A stretch of DNA of 64,000 nt from Candidatus Bathyarchaeia archaeon (GTDB taxonomy: Archaea; Thermoproteota; Bathyarchaeia; Bathyarchaeales; Bathycorpusculaceae). The notes beneath the pieces were generated by a model. The model ran no database searches. It saw only the letters and a program-made list of their open reading frames with translations, and was not told the origin of the DNA. The stretch covers positions 32,001 through 96,000 of the forward strand of contig JBEKWR010000006.1 of NCBI GenBank assembly GCA_049512935.1, written 5' to 3'. Both the position numbers and the translations under genes were made by a program. This document shows, in pieces, positions 28,749-39,116 of the stretch; position 1 is the stretch's first letter; each line of letters begins with the position of its first letter.

Positions 28749-29084
28749 TCACTCGTTGTCTAAAATTTCTTGAAGGAGAGGCTTTAACGGAGGTAATTCG
28801 CATTTTGCCGTGTCCCATAGATCTTTGAACTCGACTTTAGGGTATTCATGGGCTAAGAAGTTTCTTGCGGATTTCATTCTTGCCCAGGGAATTTGGTTGT
28901 ATTTCTGTCTTATTTCGAGTGGAATCAGCTTCACGTTTTCGCCTATGAGTAGCAGATTCATGGAAACAGCTTTTATCGCCATTTTGTTTTGGAGGAAGCC
29001 CTCGTATGTCAGGTTTTTAGTGAATTCCTCGACTTCTAAGATCGCTTCAAGAATTTCGTTAATGTACACTTTGAAGTTTTTCAT
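28749..29084 (-). CDS. HepT/DUF86 HEPN ribonuclease toxin
   Basis: IGE, IPW, RNFLAHEY (RX4HxY). Confidence 0.9.
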   Translation of the reverse strand: MKNFKVYINEILEAILEVEEFTKNLTYEGFLQNKMAIKAVSMNLLLIGENVKLIPLEIRQKYNQIPWARMKSARNFLAHEYPKVEFKDLWDTAKCELPPLKPLLQEILDNE

Positions 29085-29374
29085 ACAGTAACTATCTCAT
29101 TTAGAACTTGGTTTTTTATCATCGGCAAAAGAGCGCCTTTTTGTACAAGGTCGATCTTTAATCCCAGTTTCTTTCTGATGAATTGCTGTACCTCAATGAA
29201 CTTATAGAGACCAATCGGCTGCGAAAACGTCACCAATATGTCCAAATCGCTGTTGTTGGTTTGTTGTCCTCGCGAGTAGGAACCAAATATAGCTATCGTG
29301 TCGACCTTGTAGCGCCTTTTGAGCTCTGGCTTGAGTTCCTGCAACTCAGCTTTGAGTTCTTCCAATGATCTCAT
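29081..29374 (-). CDS. MntA-like nucleotidyltransferase antitoxin
   Basis: FGSYSRG....SDLDILV. Confidence 0.9.
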   Translation of the reverse strand: MRSLEELKAELQELKPELKRRYKVDTIAIFGSYSRGQQTNNSDLDILVTFSQPIGLYKFIEVQQFIRKKLGLKIDLVQKGALLPMIKNQVLNEIVTV

Positions 29375-29533
29375 TCCAAGCCACCTTCGGTTAACAGGGT
29401 AATTATTACGTTAACCAATATTTATTTTCGCCTTCGGTGTGTGCGTTTAACGCACTTTATCAGGCAATGCATTTGCGGAGTATTGTTTTTATTTTCCGCA
29501 AGTGTTCTCCCTTTCAAGGAAGTTGATCTGGCT

Positions 29534-30055
29534 ATGGATCTTTTGGAAATCATCCGAAACAGGCGAAGCATAAGAGCCTACAAGAGCGAAGACTTGCCAG
29601 AGGGCACCGTTGAGAAACTTCTTGAAGCCGCAAGGTGGGCGCCTTCAGCTGGAAACGTTCAGCCATGGGCGTTCGTCGTCGCCGCCACACATAACATGAA
29701 GCTAAACCTCTCTGTGGCGGCTTACGGGCAGAAGCAAGTTGAGGAAGCCTCGGTTGTGATCATTGTTTGCGCCGATGAAGCACGCGCGGAAGAAAGTTAC
29801 GGGTTACGGGGAAAGACCCTTTTTTGCTTACAGGATACCGCCGCAGCGATTCAAAACATCCTCCTGTCCGCCCACGCTCTGGGTTTGGGCTCATGCTGGG
29901 TCGGCGCCTTCAAGGAGGAACAAGTGCGGAAAGCGGTGAACGCGCCCAAGAACATGCGACCAGTCGCGTTGATTCCCGTCGGGACCCCTGATGAGACTCC
30001 TGAGGCTCGGGTTAGGCGCCCGTTAAGCGAGATAATGCACAGAGAAACCTTTTGA
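29534..30055 (+). CDS. Nitroreductase family protein
   Basis: RRSIRAY, APSAGNVQPW, GLGSCW. Confidence 0.9.
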   Translation: MDLLEIIRNRRSIRAYKSEDLPEGTVEKLLEAARWAPSAGNVQPWAFVVAATHNMKLNLSVAAYGQKQVEEASVVIIVCADEARAEESYGLRGKTLFCLQDTAAAIQNILLSAHALGLGSCWVGAFKEEQVRKAVNAPKNMRPVALIPVGTPDETPEARVRRPLSEIMHRETF

Positions 30056-30183
30056 CACCAGCCAAAAACGAAAAGTCGAAGCGTCGGCAGAAAAAGCATA
30101 TATGACTTAAACCCCACTCTTCTTGAAAGACACACAGGTGAAACAAGACGGCTTCGTCTAACGCTGAAGAAAACAACAATGAG

Positions 30184-31290
30184 ATGGTGGTTACACCTTG
30201 GGAAGTGAAAGGCAAAGTTGACTATGAACGCCTTATCCGAGAATTCGGCACCCAACCGCTCACCCCCCAGCTTCTTGAAAGAGTGGAAAAGCACACGGGC
30301 AAACTGCACTTGCAGCTTGAGAGGCAAATTTTCTTCAGCCACCGCGACCTAGACACCGTGCTTGACCTCTACGACCAAGGCGTCAAATTCGTTCTTTACA
30401 CGGGCAGAGGACCCTCAGGGCCAGTGCACATCGGGCATCTTGTCCCGTGGATTTTCACCCTTCACATACAACAAAAATTCAATACGCGACTCTACTTCCA
30501 GATGACAGACGACGAAAAATTCTTGATTGATGATGATGCCAACCTCAAGGAAACGGGGAAATACGCCTACGAAAACGCGCTCGACCTCATCGCGCTGGGC
30601 TTCAAACCCGAAAACACCTTCATAATCTACGACACACAAGACATCGACCTCCTCTACGACATCACCCTTGAAGTGGCGAAACGCATCACTTACAGCACGG
30701 CGCGCAGCAGCTTCGGCTTCCAAGACAGTACAAACATCGGCTGGGTAATGTGGCCAGCCATCCAAGCCGCGCCATGTTTCATCCACAAAAAACTCACGGG
30801 CGAAAACGTCCCAGCGCTCATCCCCGCAGCCATCGACCAGGACCCGTACTGGAGAGTAACCCGCGACATAGCCCAGAAACTCGGCTACTACAAACCCGCG
30901 CAAATCCACTGCCGCTTTCTGCCTGGTCTGGGGCAAGGCGGAAAAATGAGCGCGTCAATGCCTGAAACCAGCATTTTCACCATGGACCCGCCTGACGTGG
31001 TTAAGAAGAAGATTTGGAACGCTTTCACAGGCGGCAAGGGGACGGCGGCTGAGCAGCGGAAAGAGGGCGCTGACCCGACGGTGTGCAGCATCTTCCAGTA
31101 CTACTTCTACCTGTTTGAGGAGGACAGCAGCAAGCTTGCGGAGCGGGAACGTCGATGTCGAGGCGGCGAAATTCTGTGCGGCGAATGCAAGAAAGACATC
31201 GCAGAAAAACTCAACCGTTTCCTCGAGCAGCACAGGGAACGACGGGAGAAAGCTAAAGACGTCATCGAACAATACCATATAAAGCGGTAG
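30184..31290 (+). CDS. trpS: Tryptophan--tRNA ligase (archaeal type)
   Basis: VTPWEV, YTGRGPSG..HIGH, DQDPYWR, KMSAS. Confidence 0.97.
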   Translation: MVVTPWEVKGKVDYERLIREFGTQPLTPQLLERVEKHTGKLHLQLERQIFFSHRDLDTVLDLYDQGVKFVLYTGRGPSGPVHIGHLVPWIFTLHIQQKFNTRLYFQMTDDEKFLIDDDANLKETGKYAYENALDLIALGFKPENTFIIYDTQDIDLLYDITLEVAKRITYSTARSSFGFQDSTNIGWVMWPAIQAAPCFIHKKLTGENVPALIPAAIDQDPYWRVTRDIAQKLGYYKPAQIHCRFLPGLGQGGKMSASMPETSIFTMDPPDVVKKKIWNAFTGGKGTAAEQRKEGADPTVCSIFQYYFYLFEEDSSKLAERERRCRGGEILCGECKKDIAEKLNRFLEQHRERREKAKDVIEQYHIKR

Positions 31291-31365
31291 ATGACGGTTC
31301 TTTTCAGGTTTTCAAGCGTGGCGGCTGAAAAGTATTTTAGGCAGGTATGAAAATCATACTAGCAG

Positions 31366-31671
31366 TTGATTTGGATGCAGGAAGAACCTGAAATCGCGGT
31401 TGTCGGAACCAAAGGTCAAATAGTTATCCCGCAGCGAATGCGAAAAGAATTGGCGATCAAGCCCAACACCAAGCTATGCGTGTACAAAAGGGACGATAAA
31501 CTGGTTATCATGAAGCTCGCTGTCTCCCCCTTAGATGATATGAAAGCGCTTTTCAAAGAAATAGACAAACAGAACAGAGGAAAAAAGAAGCCAGCCGAGA
31601 ACGAGATTTTGGAGGATATCCAGCAATATAGACGGGAGAAAAGAGCTAAGGAAAACAAATGCGCCGAGTAG
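31366..31671 (+). CDS. AbrB/MazE-type antitoxin
   Basis: KGQIVIP..MRKEL.I. Confidence 0.85.
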   Translation: MIWMQEEPEIAVVGTKGQIVIPQRMRKELAIKPNTKLCVYKRDDKLVIMKLAVSPLDDMKALFKEIDKQNRGKKKPAENEILEDIQQYRREKRAKENKCAE

Positions 31672-32066
31672 TTGTCGACACAAACGTTCTGGTTTCAGCG
31701 GCTATTTGGGGCGGCAAACCCCGAGAGCTTTTGCTCAAGTTGCTCGAGCACGATGTAGTGATATCTTCACCCCAACTGGTTGCTGAGTTATCTGATGTTC
31801 TTGCTAGGCGCGAATCCCTTGTAGGTAATGTTCAAACAAAACGATTCGTTAGAGATTTTGTGCAACAAGCCGAAATGACGAAAGATACAGCCAGATTCAA
31901 ACTGGTCTTGGATGATCCCGATGACAATGTCATTTTGGATGCTGCTTACTCCGGAAAAGCAGATTACATTGTCACTGGCGATAAGCATCTACTCGCCCTA
32001 AAGGAATTCAAGAATACCCAAATAGTCACTGTCAAGCAAATGCTCAACATCTTGGACGAAACCTGA
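31659..32066 (+). CDS. PIN-domain toxin
   Basis: VVVDTNVLVSA, DPDDN, IVTGDKHLL. Confidence 0.9.
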   Translation: MRRVVVDTNVLVSAAIWGGKPRELLLKLLEHDVVISSPQLVAELSDVLARRESLVGNVQTKRFVRDFVQQAEMTKDTARFKLVLDDPDDNVILDAAYSGKADYIVTGDKHLLALKEFKNTQIVTVKQMLNILDET

Positions 32067-32170
32067 AATGGTCACCGCCATTTTACCTATTAGCGGCGAC
32101 TGGGTCTCACCGGTTAAGATTTAGAAGCGTTCTTACAGGCGTAAAAGGCGCGGCAACGGACCGAAAAAGC

Positions 32171-32291
32171 CGATGGCAAGGCGGCGAATTCAAAAGACAT
32201 CGCAAAAAAACTCAACAAGCTCGTCGAGCAGCACAGGGAACGACGGGAAAAAGCCAAAGACGTCATCGAACAATACCACATAAAACGTTAA
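32171..32291 (+). repeat. Degenerate duplicate of trpS 3' end
   Basis: Matches 31153-31290, e.g. tcgagcagcacagggaacgacggga and aaagacgtcatcgaacaatacca. Confidence 0.9.
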
Positions 32292-32318
32292 CTTCGGCAC
32301 TATGCCCCTTTGGCTCGG

Positions 32319-32687
32319 TTATTTCAGCTCTTCAAGAACTTTTCTAAATTGCAGTTTGAGATTTGGAAGAATTTCCTTTGCTGTCACCCACAAAAGTTCC
32401 TTATCCGCGCTGAAATATTCGTGAGTAAGATCAGTTCGCATATTCCTTAATCGATCATACGGAATGCGGTAGGTGTAGAACAAGTTTCTAATTTGCTTAT
32501 GCTTAGATAAGACGCGTACAGCCTCACCGATATTTCTTACGAGGTCATCAACCGCATAGACCCTTATTTCGTCTTTTAGAAACTGTTCACATGTTAACCC
32601 TTTAGTAATCGCTTCTATTTTCTCAATGTAAAAAATGATTTCTGACAGGTAAAGCAGAGGGCTTCTTTCCAGATGATCTTCACTCAT
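32319..32687 (-). CDS. HepT/DUF86 HEPN toxin
   Basis: IGEA, RTDLTHEY. Confidence 0.85.
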   Translation of the reverse strand: MSEDHLERSPLLYLSEIIFYIEKIEAITKGLTCEQFLKDEIRVYAVDDLVRNIGEAVRVLSKHKQIRNLFYTYRIPYDRLRNMRTDLTHEYFSADKELLWVTAKEILPNLKLQFRKVLEELK

Positions 32688-32995
32688 ACTGGTATCGCTT
32701 CACTGAGCACGTGGTCTTTAATGACTGGATTTAGATATTTCTTTGAGACAACATCTACTTTAACGTGCAGTTTTCTTCTAAGGTAACTTCTAAGACCCGC
32801 CACTAACAGCAGATCTGCCCCCTCAGAATAAGTTACCAGAATGTCAATATCGCTTTTTTCGGTCTGTTCTCCGCGTGCGTAGGACCCAAAAATATCTACG
32901 GTTTCCACCTTGAACCGTTTCTTTAACGTGGGTTTTAATGCCTGAAGCTGCTGTTTCACTTCGTCAAGTGACCTTTGCATGCGAAGTAACTCCAA
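32684..32995 (-). CDS. MntA-like nucleotidyltransferase antitoxin
   Basis: FGSYARGEQ...SDIDILV. Confidence 0.9.
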   Translation of the reverse strand: MELLRMQRSLDEVKQQLQALKPTLKKRFKVETVDIFGSYARGEQTEKSDIDILVTYSEGADLLLVAGLRSYLRRKLHVKVDVVSKKYLNPVIKDHVLSEAIPV

Positions 32996-33108
32996 AGGGT
33001 GCTTAATTACTCTTTTTGAAGCTTTTGCTTCTTTAACTTTATGGATAAAAAACTGTGGCTCTTGACGGCGGATTAGGCATTGGCAACCCCCTTAAGGCGA
33101 ACGATTTT

Positions 33109-33558
33109 TTATGGATACCACGTGTAGTAAGGGGTAGACCGCTGTCTTGTTAGTGCCCCGCCGATGAGCCCTGCAACTGCCGAGACGACGGCTCCTAACG
33201 CTGCAAGAAAGCCGCCTATAATGCCGATAGCTGTTCCCACTAAGCTGCCGAAAGAGCCATGGAGGATGAGACTAAAGAACCCTCCAAGCAGGGCAGCGCC
33301 AGCGAGGGCAAGCACAACAATGACTACTGCGCCAAGCAGCCCAGACAAAAAGCCAGCTATCAAGCCGCGGATGGGTCCTCCCGCTATGGCGCCAGCGGCG
33401 AACCCGCCGATAAACATGCCTACTAAGACGCCGATGAAGGGCAAGAGCACGCCGAGGGGTATGCCTATGATGAGGGATAGGACGAAGCCTGCGAAACCGC
33501 CAAGCAACACTCGGCTGACACTGTTCACCTGTTTCACCGTTGGCTGGGTGAAGACCAA
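33109..33558 (-). CDS. Glycine-rich membrane protein (DUF5518-like)
   Basis: Several Gly-zipper TM helices. Confidence 0.65.
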   Translation of the reverse strand: MVFTQPTVKQVNSVSRVLLGGFAGFVLSLIIGIPLGVLLPFIGVLVGMFIGGFAAGAIAGGPIRGLIAGFLSGLLGAVVIVVLALAGAALLGGFFSLILHGSFGSLVGTAIGIIGGFLAALGAVVSAVAGLIGGALTRQRSTPYYTWYP

Positions 33559-33699
33559 ACTTTAAGATAAACTTTTTCGAAGCAAACCTAAAGCGTCGTG
33601 TTATGCATGCAAATCCTGCCGCGGGTTCTATGCGGCTTCAAAAAGTGTTCTGCCCATAAAGGAAAAGAGAAATAAGCTAACGCGCGACCACTTCATACG

Positions 33700-34260
33700 G
33701 TGATTTATGTGTCTGCTAAAACTCAAGTAAACATATCCTCAGCCACTAGGCTCCTGCATCCGATGCACATCGTCCTGGTTTCATGCGTCGGCAAAGCTGG
33801 CAAACCCAACATCACAACCCTCGCGTGGGCTATGCCGACCTCGATTAACCCGCCGCTTGTCGCCATCAGCCTCGCGCCGACACGGCACTCCCACTTGCTG
33901 ATTGAGGAGTCAGGCGAATTCGTTGTGAACATTCCGACGCTGGAGATACTGCAAGCCGTTTACGCGTGCGGATCATTGACGGGAAGAAGCTTTGACAAAT
34001 TCAAAAAAACAAACCTGACGCCCATGCCAGCCAAAAAGGTGAAGACGCCAGCAATCCGCGAATGCATCGCGCATCTCGAATGCACAGTCGAAGACAAATT
34101 TACCACGGGCGACCACACGGTTTTCGTCGGCAAAATAGTTGAAGCCTACGCTGACCAAGGCGTCTTCACTGAAAGCTATGACCTGAAAAAAGCCCGCATG
34201 CTCTACCATCTGGGCGGCAACAACTTCGCCATACTTGACCCCAAAACCTACAAACCCTAA
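33700..34260 (+). CDS. Flavin reductase-like protein
   Basis: PPLVAIS, EFVVNIP, GDHTVFVG. Confidence 0.9.
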   Translation: MIYVSAKTQVNISSATRLLHPMHIVLVSCVGKAGKPNITTLAWAMPTSINPPLVAISLAPTRHSHLLIEESGEFVVNIPTLEILQAVYACGSLTGRSFDKFKKTNLTPMPAKKVKTPAIRECIAHLECTVEDKFTTGDHTVFVGKIVEAYADQGVFTESYDLKKARMLYHLGGNNFAILDPKTYKP

Positions 34261-34362
34261 GCCACCCAAACCGCAGCGCTTAATTCCAGAGAACCCGTCG
34301 CCAGTGGGTTACGCATTTAAGCATCTACTGCGTTAATCCAAACAGCGAAAAAGTGAGCGGCA

Positions 34363-35268
34363 ATGGCATACGACCGGGAAGAAATTGAGAAATTCCGTTT
34401 ATCAGGGCGGATCCTGCGTGAAACAAGAGAGGAAATGAAAAACCACGTTAAAGAAAACATGCTAATCATCGACGTCTGCGAAAAAACCGAGGCGTTGATC
34501 CGAGCTAAAGGAGGCAAACCCGCTTTCCCCTGCAACGTCAGCATAAACGAGGTAACTGCCCATTACACTTCGCCGCCGGGTGACACGTCGAGGATTCCTG
34601 AGGGCTCCACGGTTAAGGTTGATCTCGGAGTTCAAGTTGACGGATACGTAACCGACACCGCGTTCACGGCATGCTTCAACTCTGAGGGCAGGGCAATGGC
34701 TAACACGGCGGAAGCTGCTTTGAAGGTAGCCATCGAAAACATCCACGGAGACATGGCGCTGGGGAAAATCGGAGGCTTAATAGAGACCACGATTAGAAAC
34801 CGCGGGTTCAAACCCATCTCGAACCTCACTGGGCACTCGGTTGGCAGGTACTTGATTCATGCTGGGCTGTCTATACCTAACGTGGCTGAAACGTTGTCGC
34901 TTGCCAAAGTCAAGGCTGGAGAAGTCTACGCCATTGAACCGTTCGTCACTTTGCCAGATGCCGTTGGCCGCGTTGACGATAGCCCGCAGTATACCATTTA
35001 TCGCCTGCTCAAAGCAAAATCCGTTAAATCTAAATCTGCTAAAAAACTGCTCAAGCACATCGAAGTTAATTTTAGGACTTTGCCGTTTGCTGAAAGGTGG
35101 CTTATCGGCGTTGTTCCCAAAGAGCAACATGGTGCCGCGTTCAAGGAGCTGCTTTCTTCAAAAGCAATAATGAGTTACCCTGTTTTTGTTGAAGTAAGCA
35201 AGAAACCTGTTGCCCAAGCCGAACACACTCTGCTGCTGAACGCTGAAGGCTGCGAAGTCTTAACTTAG
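34363..35268 (+). CDS. map: Methionine aminopeptidase type II
   Basis: AFPCN, AHYT, KVDLG..VDGYVTDTA, NLTGH, AIEPF, QAEHT. Confidence 0.97.
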   Translation: MAYDREEIEKFRLSGRILRETREEMKNHVKENMLIIDVCEKTEALIRAKGGKPAFPCNVSINEVTAHYTSPPGDTSRIPEGSTVKVDLGVQVDGYVTDTAFTACFNSEGRAMANTAEAALKVAIENIHGDMALGKIGGLIETTIRNRGFKPISNLTGHSVGRYLIHAGLSIPNVAETLSLAKVKAGEVYAIEPFVTLPDAVGRVDDSPQYTIYRLLKAKSVKSKSAKKLLKHIEVNFRTLPFAERWLIGVVPKEQHGAAFKELLSSKAIMSYPVFVEVSKKPVAQAEHTLLLNAEGCEVLT

Positions 35269-35277
35269 GCGCCCAAG

Positions 35278-35537
35278 ATGGCTCCCGCTGAAGGGTCAAT
35301 CCTCTACGAGCCCAAGGACATTGAGGATTTAGCCAAGTTTCTTAAGGCTAACAAAGAGAAATACCATGAAATTTGGGTTGTCTTAATCAAAAAGGAGCAT
35401 GCGAACCCTCAGCCTGTTTCTTTCAATGAAGCAGTCAGCACGGCATTACGAGTGGGCTTGTTGACAGCCGAACCAAAACTTTAGATGAGAGTAGGTACGC
35501 TGTTCGCCTCACAAAAAGAAAAAACAAAAAGGCTTAG
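35278..35537 (+). pseudogene. Frameshifted YdeI/OmdA-like N-terminal domain protein
   Basis: EIWVV..KK...EAV, then GLVDSRTKTLDESRYAVRLTKRK continues in another frame after ~35443. Confidence 0.6.
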
Positions 35538-35542
35538 GCGGC

Positions 35543-35998
35543 TTAGACGCCGTAGTTTTTCTCTTTTTCTTTGACTTCCTTGTACACCGCAATTACCATC
35601 TGTTTTCCACCGCATTTGGGGCATGGCGTGTCAAGCTCCTTGTACACGAAGTCTCCGCGTTGAAATTCACGGACGGTTTTGGAGTCGCAGCCTGTGTTGG
35701 TGCACCCGATTGTCGTCATTATTTTTGGGATGTCAATCTTCATTTCTGCAACTTGCCTCCTTGACTGGAAAAGCGTGACTGATGACATGGTTAGGGCGAT
35801 TAAACCGATTATCGCTAAGACTCCTGCGGCTGCATAATCGCCTGATCGGGTTGAGCCGGTTGAAGTTGACGCTGTGTAAGCGAGGTTAACCGCAAGCAGT
35901 AGAGCTATGACGGCGAGCGCCATAACGATTACAACGATCATGGTTATGTAGTTTGAGATTTTTTTGGTGGATGCTGATGTTTGGTCTTTTTGTGCCAT
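35543..35998 (-). CDS. Membrane protein with C-terminal Zn-ribbon
   Basis: Two TMs; CxxxxC...REFQRGDFV...CPKCG; downstream of DUF1512. Confidence 0.75.
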   Translation of the reverse strand: MAQKDQTSASTKKISNYITMIVVIVMALAVIALLLAVNLAYTASTSTGSTRSGDYAAAGVLAIIGLIALTMSSVTLFQSRRQVAEMKIDIPKIMTTIGCTNTGCDSKTVREFQRGDFVYKELDTPCPKCGGKQMVIAVYKEVKEKEKNYGV

Positions 35999-36012
35999 TT
36001 GTCTTGTCCTCC

Positions 36013-37185
36013 TTATTGTCCTACTCCGATGGAGTTGCCGACACCCACGATAATGATTTTGTCGCCTTCCTTGGTGCGCTCCAACACGACGTTTCTAACT
36101 CTTTCAATGACTGGGTCAACCGCATCGTTGATTTCCTTGCGCATCGGCGACACGGCGTCTCCGATGTCCTCCTTGATTATCACAGCGTTGATTGGAATCT
36201 TGTACTTCGTCAGTTTTGCTTCAATCTTGTACTGGTCAACGCCTGGTCCGCCGATTGCCGCGCCGATGCCCTCAGCAACTTCGCCTACCGTTTCGCCTTC
36301 CAGCTTCAAGCCAGCGTCGATCATGATGACCATGCCGATTTTACCCTCGTTTTCCTCAATTACGGCTTCAACTGCGTCGCCTGGTTTGCCGACGTTGCCG
36401 CCTGGGCCTTCAGCTTTTATGACCAATGCGGTGCGTCCTGCAAACGGAACGGTTGCCATGACGCAGTCTTTGTATAGTTTGCGGATTTCGTAGCCGTGCA
36501 TGAGTTTCGCCGCGACCAGCGGTCCTGCGCCGTCGCCGATTGGTTGACCGTACGCGAAGGCTTTAAGTGCGCTTGCATAAGCCTCGGCTTCTTTCATTAT
36601 CATGGGCAGTATCATCTGTATCTGCATTATGACGTAGAGGCTTAGGGTTTTCTTTCCTTGAATGTAGTAGTGCCTTATGACTTTGTAGATGAAGTTCAAC
36701 GCCATGGCAGCTTCTAATGTGTTTTCTAAATTGTTCACCTGAACTTCGTCGCTTGCGGGCGCCATAAGTTTGACTTCGTCTTTCATTCGGTCGTCCCTGA
36801 CGTCGAGGATGTGGTCAAGCTTGTAAACGATGCCTGCAGGGTCCATGTTTTGCGGACCGATCGTGAAGTATTCCAAGAAGCGGTCAACACGGGCAGAAGG
36901 GTCAGAGGTTGGTTTCCCAATTTCCTTTATCGCTTCAATAGTGACTTTTCGCCCTTCCTCTTTGATGTACTTCAGCTTATGAAGCGAGTTCTCTACCTCG
37001 CGGATCATAACGTACATCTGGATTCTTTGACCGTAGAAAATCAAAACTATGAAGAACACGTATGAAAGAAGACTCAAATAAGTCAGCCAGTTGTTTGAGC
37101 TGCCGCCGAGCTGATTTGTAGTTACGGGCAGCGTCGCTACCGACATTACCCGCGCTAGTGCGCCGCTTTCTGGGATAAGACTCAA
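36013..37185 (-). CDS. DUF1512 family protein
   Basis: DPAGI, PIGDGAGP, IDAGLKLEGE, GVGNSIGV. Confidence 0.85.
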   Translation of the reverse strand: MSLIPESGALARVMSVATLPVTTNQLGGSSNNWLTYLSLLSYVFFIVLIFYGQRIQMYVMIREVENSLHKLKYIKEEGRKVTIEAIKEIGKPTSDPSARVDRFLEYFTIGPQNMDPAGIVYKLDHILDVRDDRMKDEVKLMAPASDEVQVNNLENTLEAAMALNFIYKVIRHYYIQGKKTLSLYVIMQIQMILPMIMKEAEAYASALKAFAYGQPIGDGAGPLVAAKLMHGYEIRKLYKDCVMATVPFAGRTALVIKAEGPGGNVGKPGDAVEAVIEENEGKIGMVIMIDAGLKLEGETVGEVAEGIGAAIGGPGVDQYKIEAKLTKYKIPINAVIIKEDIGDAVSPMRKEINDAVDPVIERVRNVVLERTKEGDKIIIVGVGNSIGVGQ

Positions 37186-37267
37186 CTATTACACCACTTC
37201 TCAAAAAACATTAACGGTTAGTTATAAAGCTATGCCAAATCTACCAGTAAAAGTTTAGGGTAAAAAG

Positions 37268-37391
37268 TGGCTGCCAGCTTTCCCAGGTTCACGTGGCCTA
37301 AGACCACACTACAGCTGGAAACGGAACACGGTTTAACTTCTGAGTTCGGAATGGGATCAGGTGGAACCCGTGCCCTTTGACCGGCAAACCA
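37268..37391 (-). rRNA. rrf: 5S rRNA (stand-alone)
   Basis: Minus strand CACCUGAUCCCAUUCCGAACUCAGAAGUUAA; complementary termini. Confidence 0.95.
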
Positions 37392-37485
37392 ACCATTACA
37401 CCTAAACTTTCCTTCATTAACCTTTCGCTTTTGCTTTCCTAAAAGCGGCTTAGGAGGCTGTTTTTTCCGTGGTACCCCCTTGAGT

Positions 37486-38400
37486 TTAATGGAGAAGTGC
37501 GCCTAGATTGCGGGGTAGCTCGTTGCTGTAGTCCGTGAGGCTCAGGGTCTTCATCTTAGTAACGGTGTCCGCAGGAAGCTCCGCAGTAGGTGTCCCAGCC
37601 AAGAGCAGTTTGGTTTCTTGCTCCGTAAATTCCGCTGTCTCACCGACGACGTTGAGGTATGGCTTGTTTTCCGGGCAGGCAGCTTGGCATCGAATGCAGC
37701 CAATGATGCAGTTGTGCCATTCAGGCTTAATCCAGGCTGGAAAGGGGATTTTGCCGTCCTTCTCGTTATGGAATGTGAGGCACCGCTCAGCATGAAGAAG
37801 AAAGCGGTCTGAGGATATGGCGCCAGTCGGGCAGGCGGCTTGGCATAGCTTGCAGTTTCCGCAGCGGTCCATCGTTTTTGCTTCTTGCCAACTGTCGCTT
37901 TCACAGGGCATGTCGGAGTAGACGGCGGTCAAACGCATGAAGCTGCCCATGCCTTGAGCGTAGGTTATGTTGTTTTTCCCGTACATTACCAAGCCGCTTC
38001 GGCTGGCAAGGAGCTTCAACGGAAGCTGAGGCGTAGCAATCTTGTAGCCTTCCTTGCCTACGGCTTCAGCGACCAAACGTTCGATGTGGAGGCGTTTCTC
38101 GTCAAAGGCGGTGTAGGTCGGTGGCAGGATGAAAGACCGCTTTTCTCCTTTCCAGGTGAAAATTGCTTTAGTGATGGGTCGAGGCATGGCGACGATGATT
38201 ATGGATTTTGCGTCTTTTAGTTCGTCTGGAGAGAGAAACTTGAACCTGTCTAAGTAGGTGCGAGCGAATTCCAAATCAAATTCGCCTCGGTCTCGGCGGG
38301 TTTCGATTTCCCGTTGCAACTCGGGCAGGTGGCTTGTTGACACGGTGCGGAACTTGCAGTTTTCTTCTGTCAACTCGCGGAATGCTTCTTTTGCGCTCAT
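37486..38400 (-). CDS. QueG-like 4Fe-4S dicluster protein
   Basis: YGKNN, CGNCKLCQAACPTGA, GCIRCQAACP. Confidence 0.8.
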   Translation of the reverse strand: MSAKEAFRELTEENCKFRTVSTSHLPELQREIETRRDRGEFDLEFARTYLDRFKFLSPDELKDAKSIIIVAMPRPITKAIFTWKGEKRSFILPPTYTAFDEKRLHIERLVAEAVGKEGYKIATPQLPLKLLASRSGLVMYGKNNITYAQGMGSFMRLTAVYSDMPCESDSWQEAKTMDRCGNCKLCQAACPTGAISSDRFLLHAERCLTFHNEKDGKIPFPAWIKPEWHNCIIGCIRCQAACPENKPYLNVVGETAEFTEQETKLLLAGTPTAELPADTVTKMKTLSLTDYSNELPRNLGALLH

Positions 38401-38504
38401 GGGTTTGATTATGCGTTTTTTTGCTTATTTGTTTATGCTTGCCCTCGGCTTGGGCGCAAATTATAAAACAACTTGCCGCCATTAAGGCTGCTGAGGAACA
38501 AGAC

Positions 38505-39116
38505 TTGCCTTCCGCAAGGGCTAGAAAGCAAAGATTAGGCGCAGTTGCAGGAATTTTAACCCCTGTACTTGCGTTTACCTGCATTCTTTTAGCAATAGCT
38601 TCTTACCCCTCCTTCAGCTGGACAAACAATGCGTTAAGCGACTTAGGCGTCATTTCAGGCGTAACTGGACCGCTCTTCAATTTTGGGCTTTACGCAAGCG
38701 GGTTTTTGGGGTTAATCTTTTCGCTCCTCGGCTTATTCACCTATGTCGGGAAAGGCGTTATTGGAAAAGTCGGATCCTTATTCTTCGCGGCGACAACAGT
38801 GGCGCTTATGGCTATCGGCGTTTTTAACGAAAGCTTCTCAGGATGGCACTTTGCTTTTTCCGCTGCGTTCTTTGTTTTGGCTCCCGTTTCATTGTTCATT
38901 ATTACGTGTGCTTTTGTGCTTGAACGTCAAACGCGAATGGCGTTTTTCACTGTTGGAATCGGAGTCATTGCGGCTCTACCCTGGATACTGCAGTTTGCTT
39001 TCAATTACGTGCCAAGCGTTGCTATTCCAGAAACTGTTTCGGGGCTTGCCGTTTCAGCATGGACCATTGCCCTCAGCTACCGAATACTGAAACAAGCCAA
39101 GTTGACTATTTCTTAG
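38505..39116 (+). CDS. DUF998 membrane protein
   Basis: FSWTNNALSDLG, IGVF.E, AIPE. Confidence 0.8.
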   Translation: MPSARARKQRLGAVAGILTPVLAFTCILLAIASYPSFSWTNNALSDLGVISGVTGPLFNFGLYASGFLGLIFSLLGLFTYVGKGVIGKVGSLFFAATTVALMAIGVFNESFSGWHFAFSAAFFVLAPVSLFIITCAFVLERQTRMAFFTVGIGVIAALPWILQFAFNYVPSVAIPETVSGLAVSAWTIALSYRILKQAKLTIS

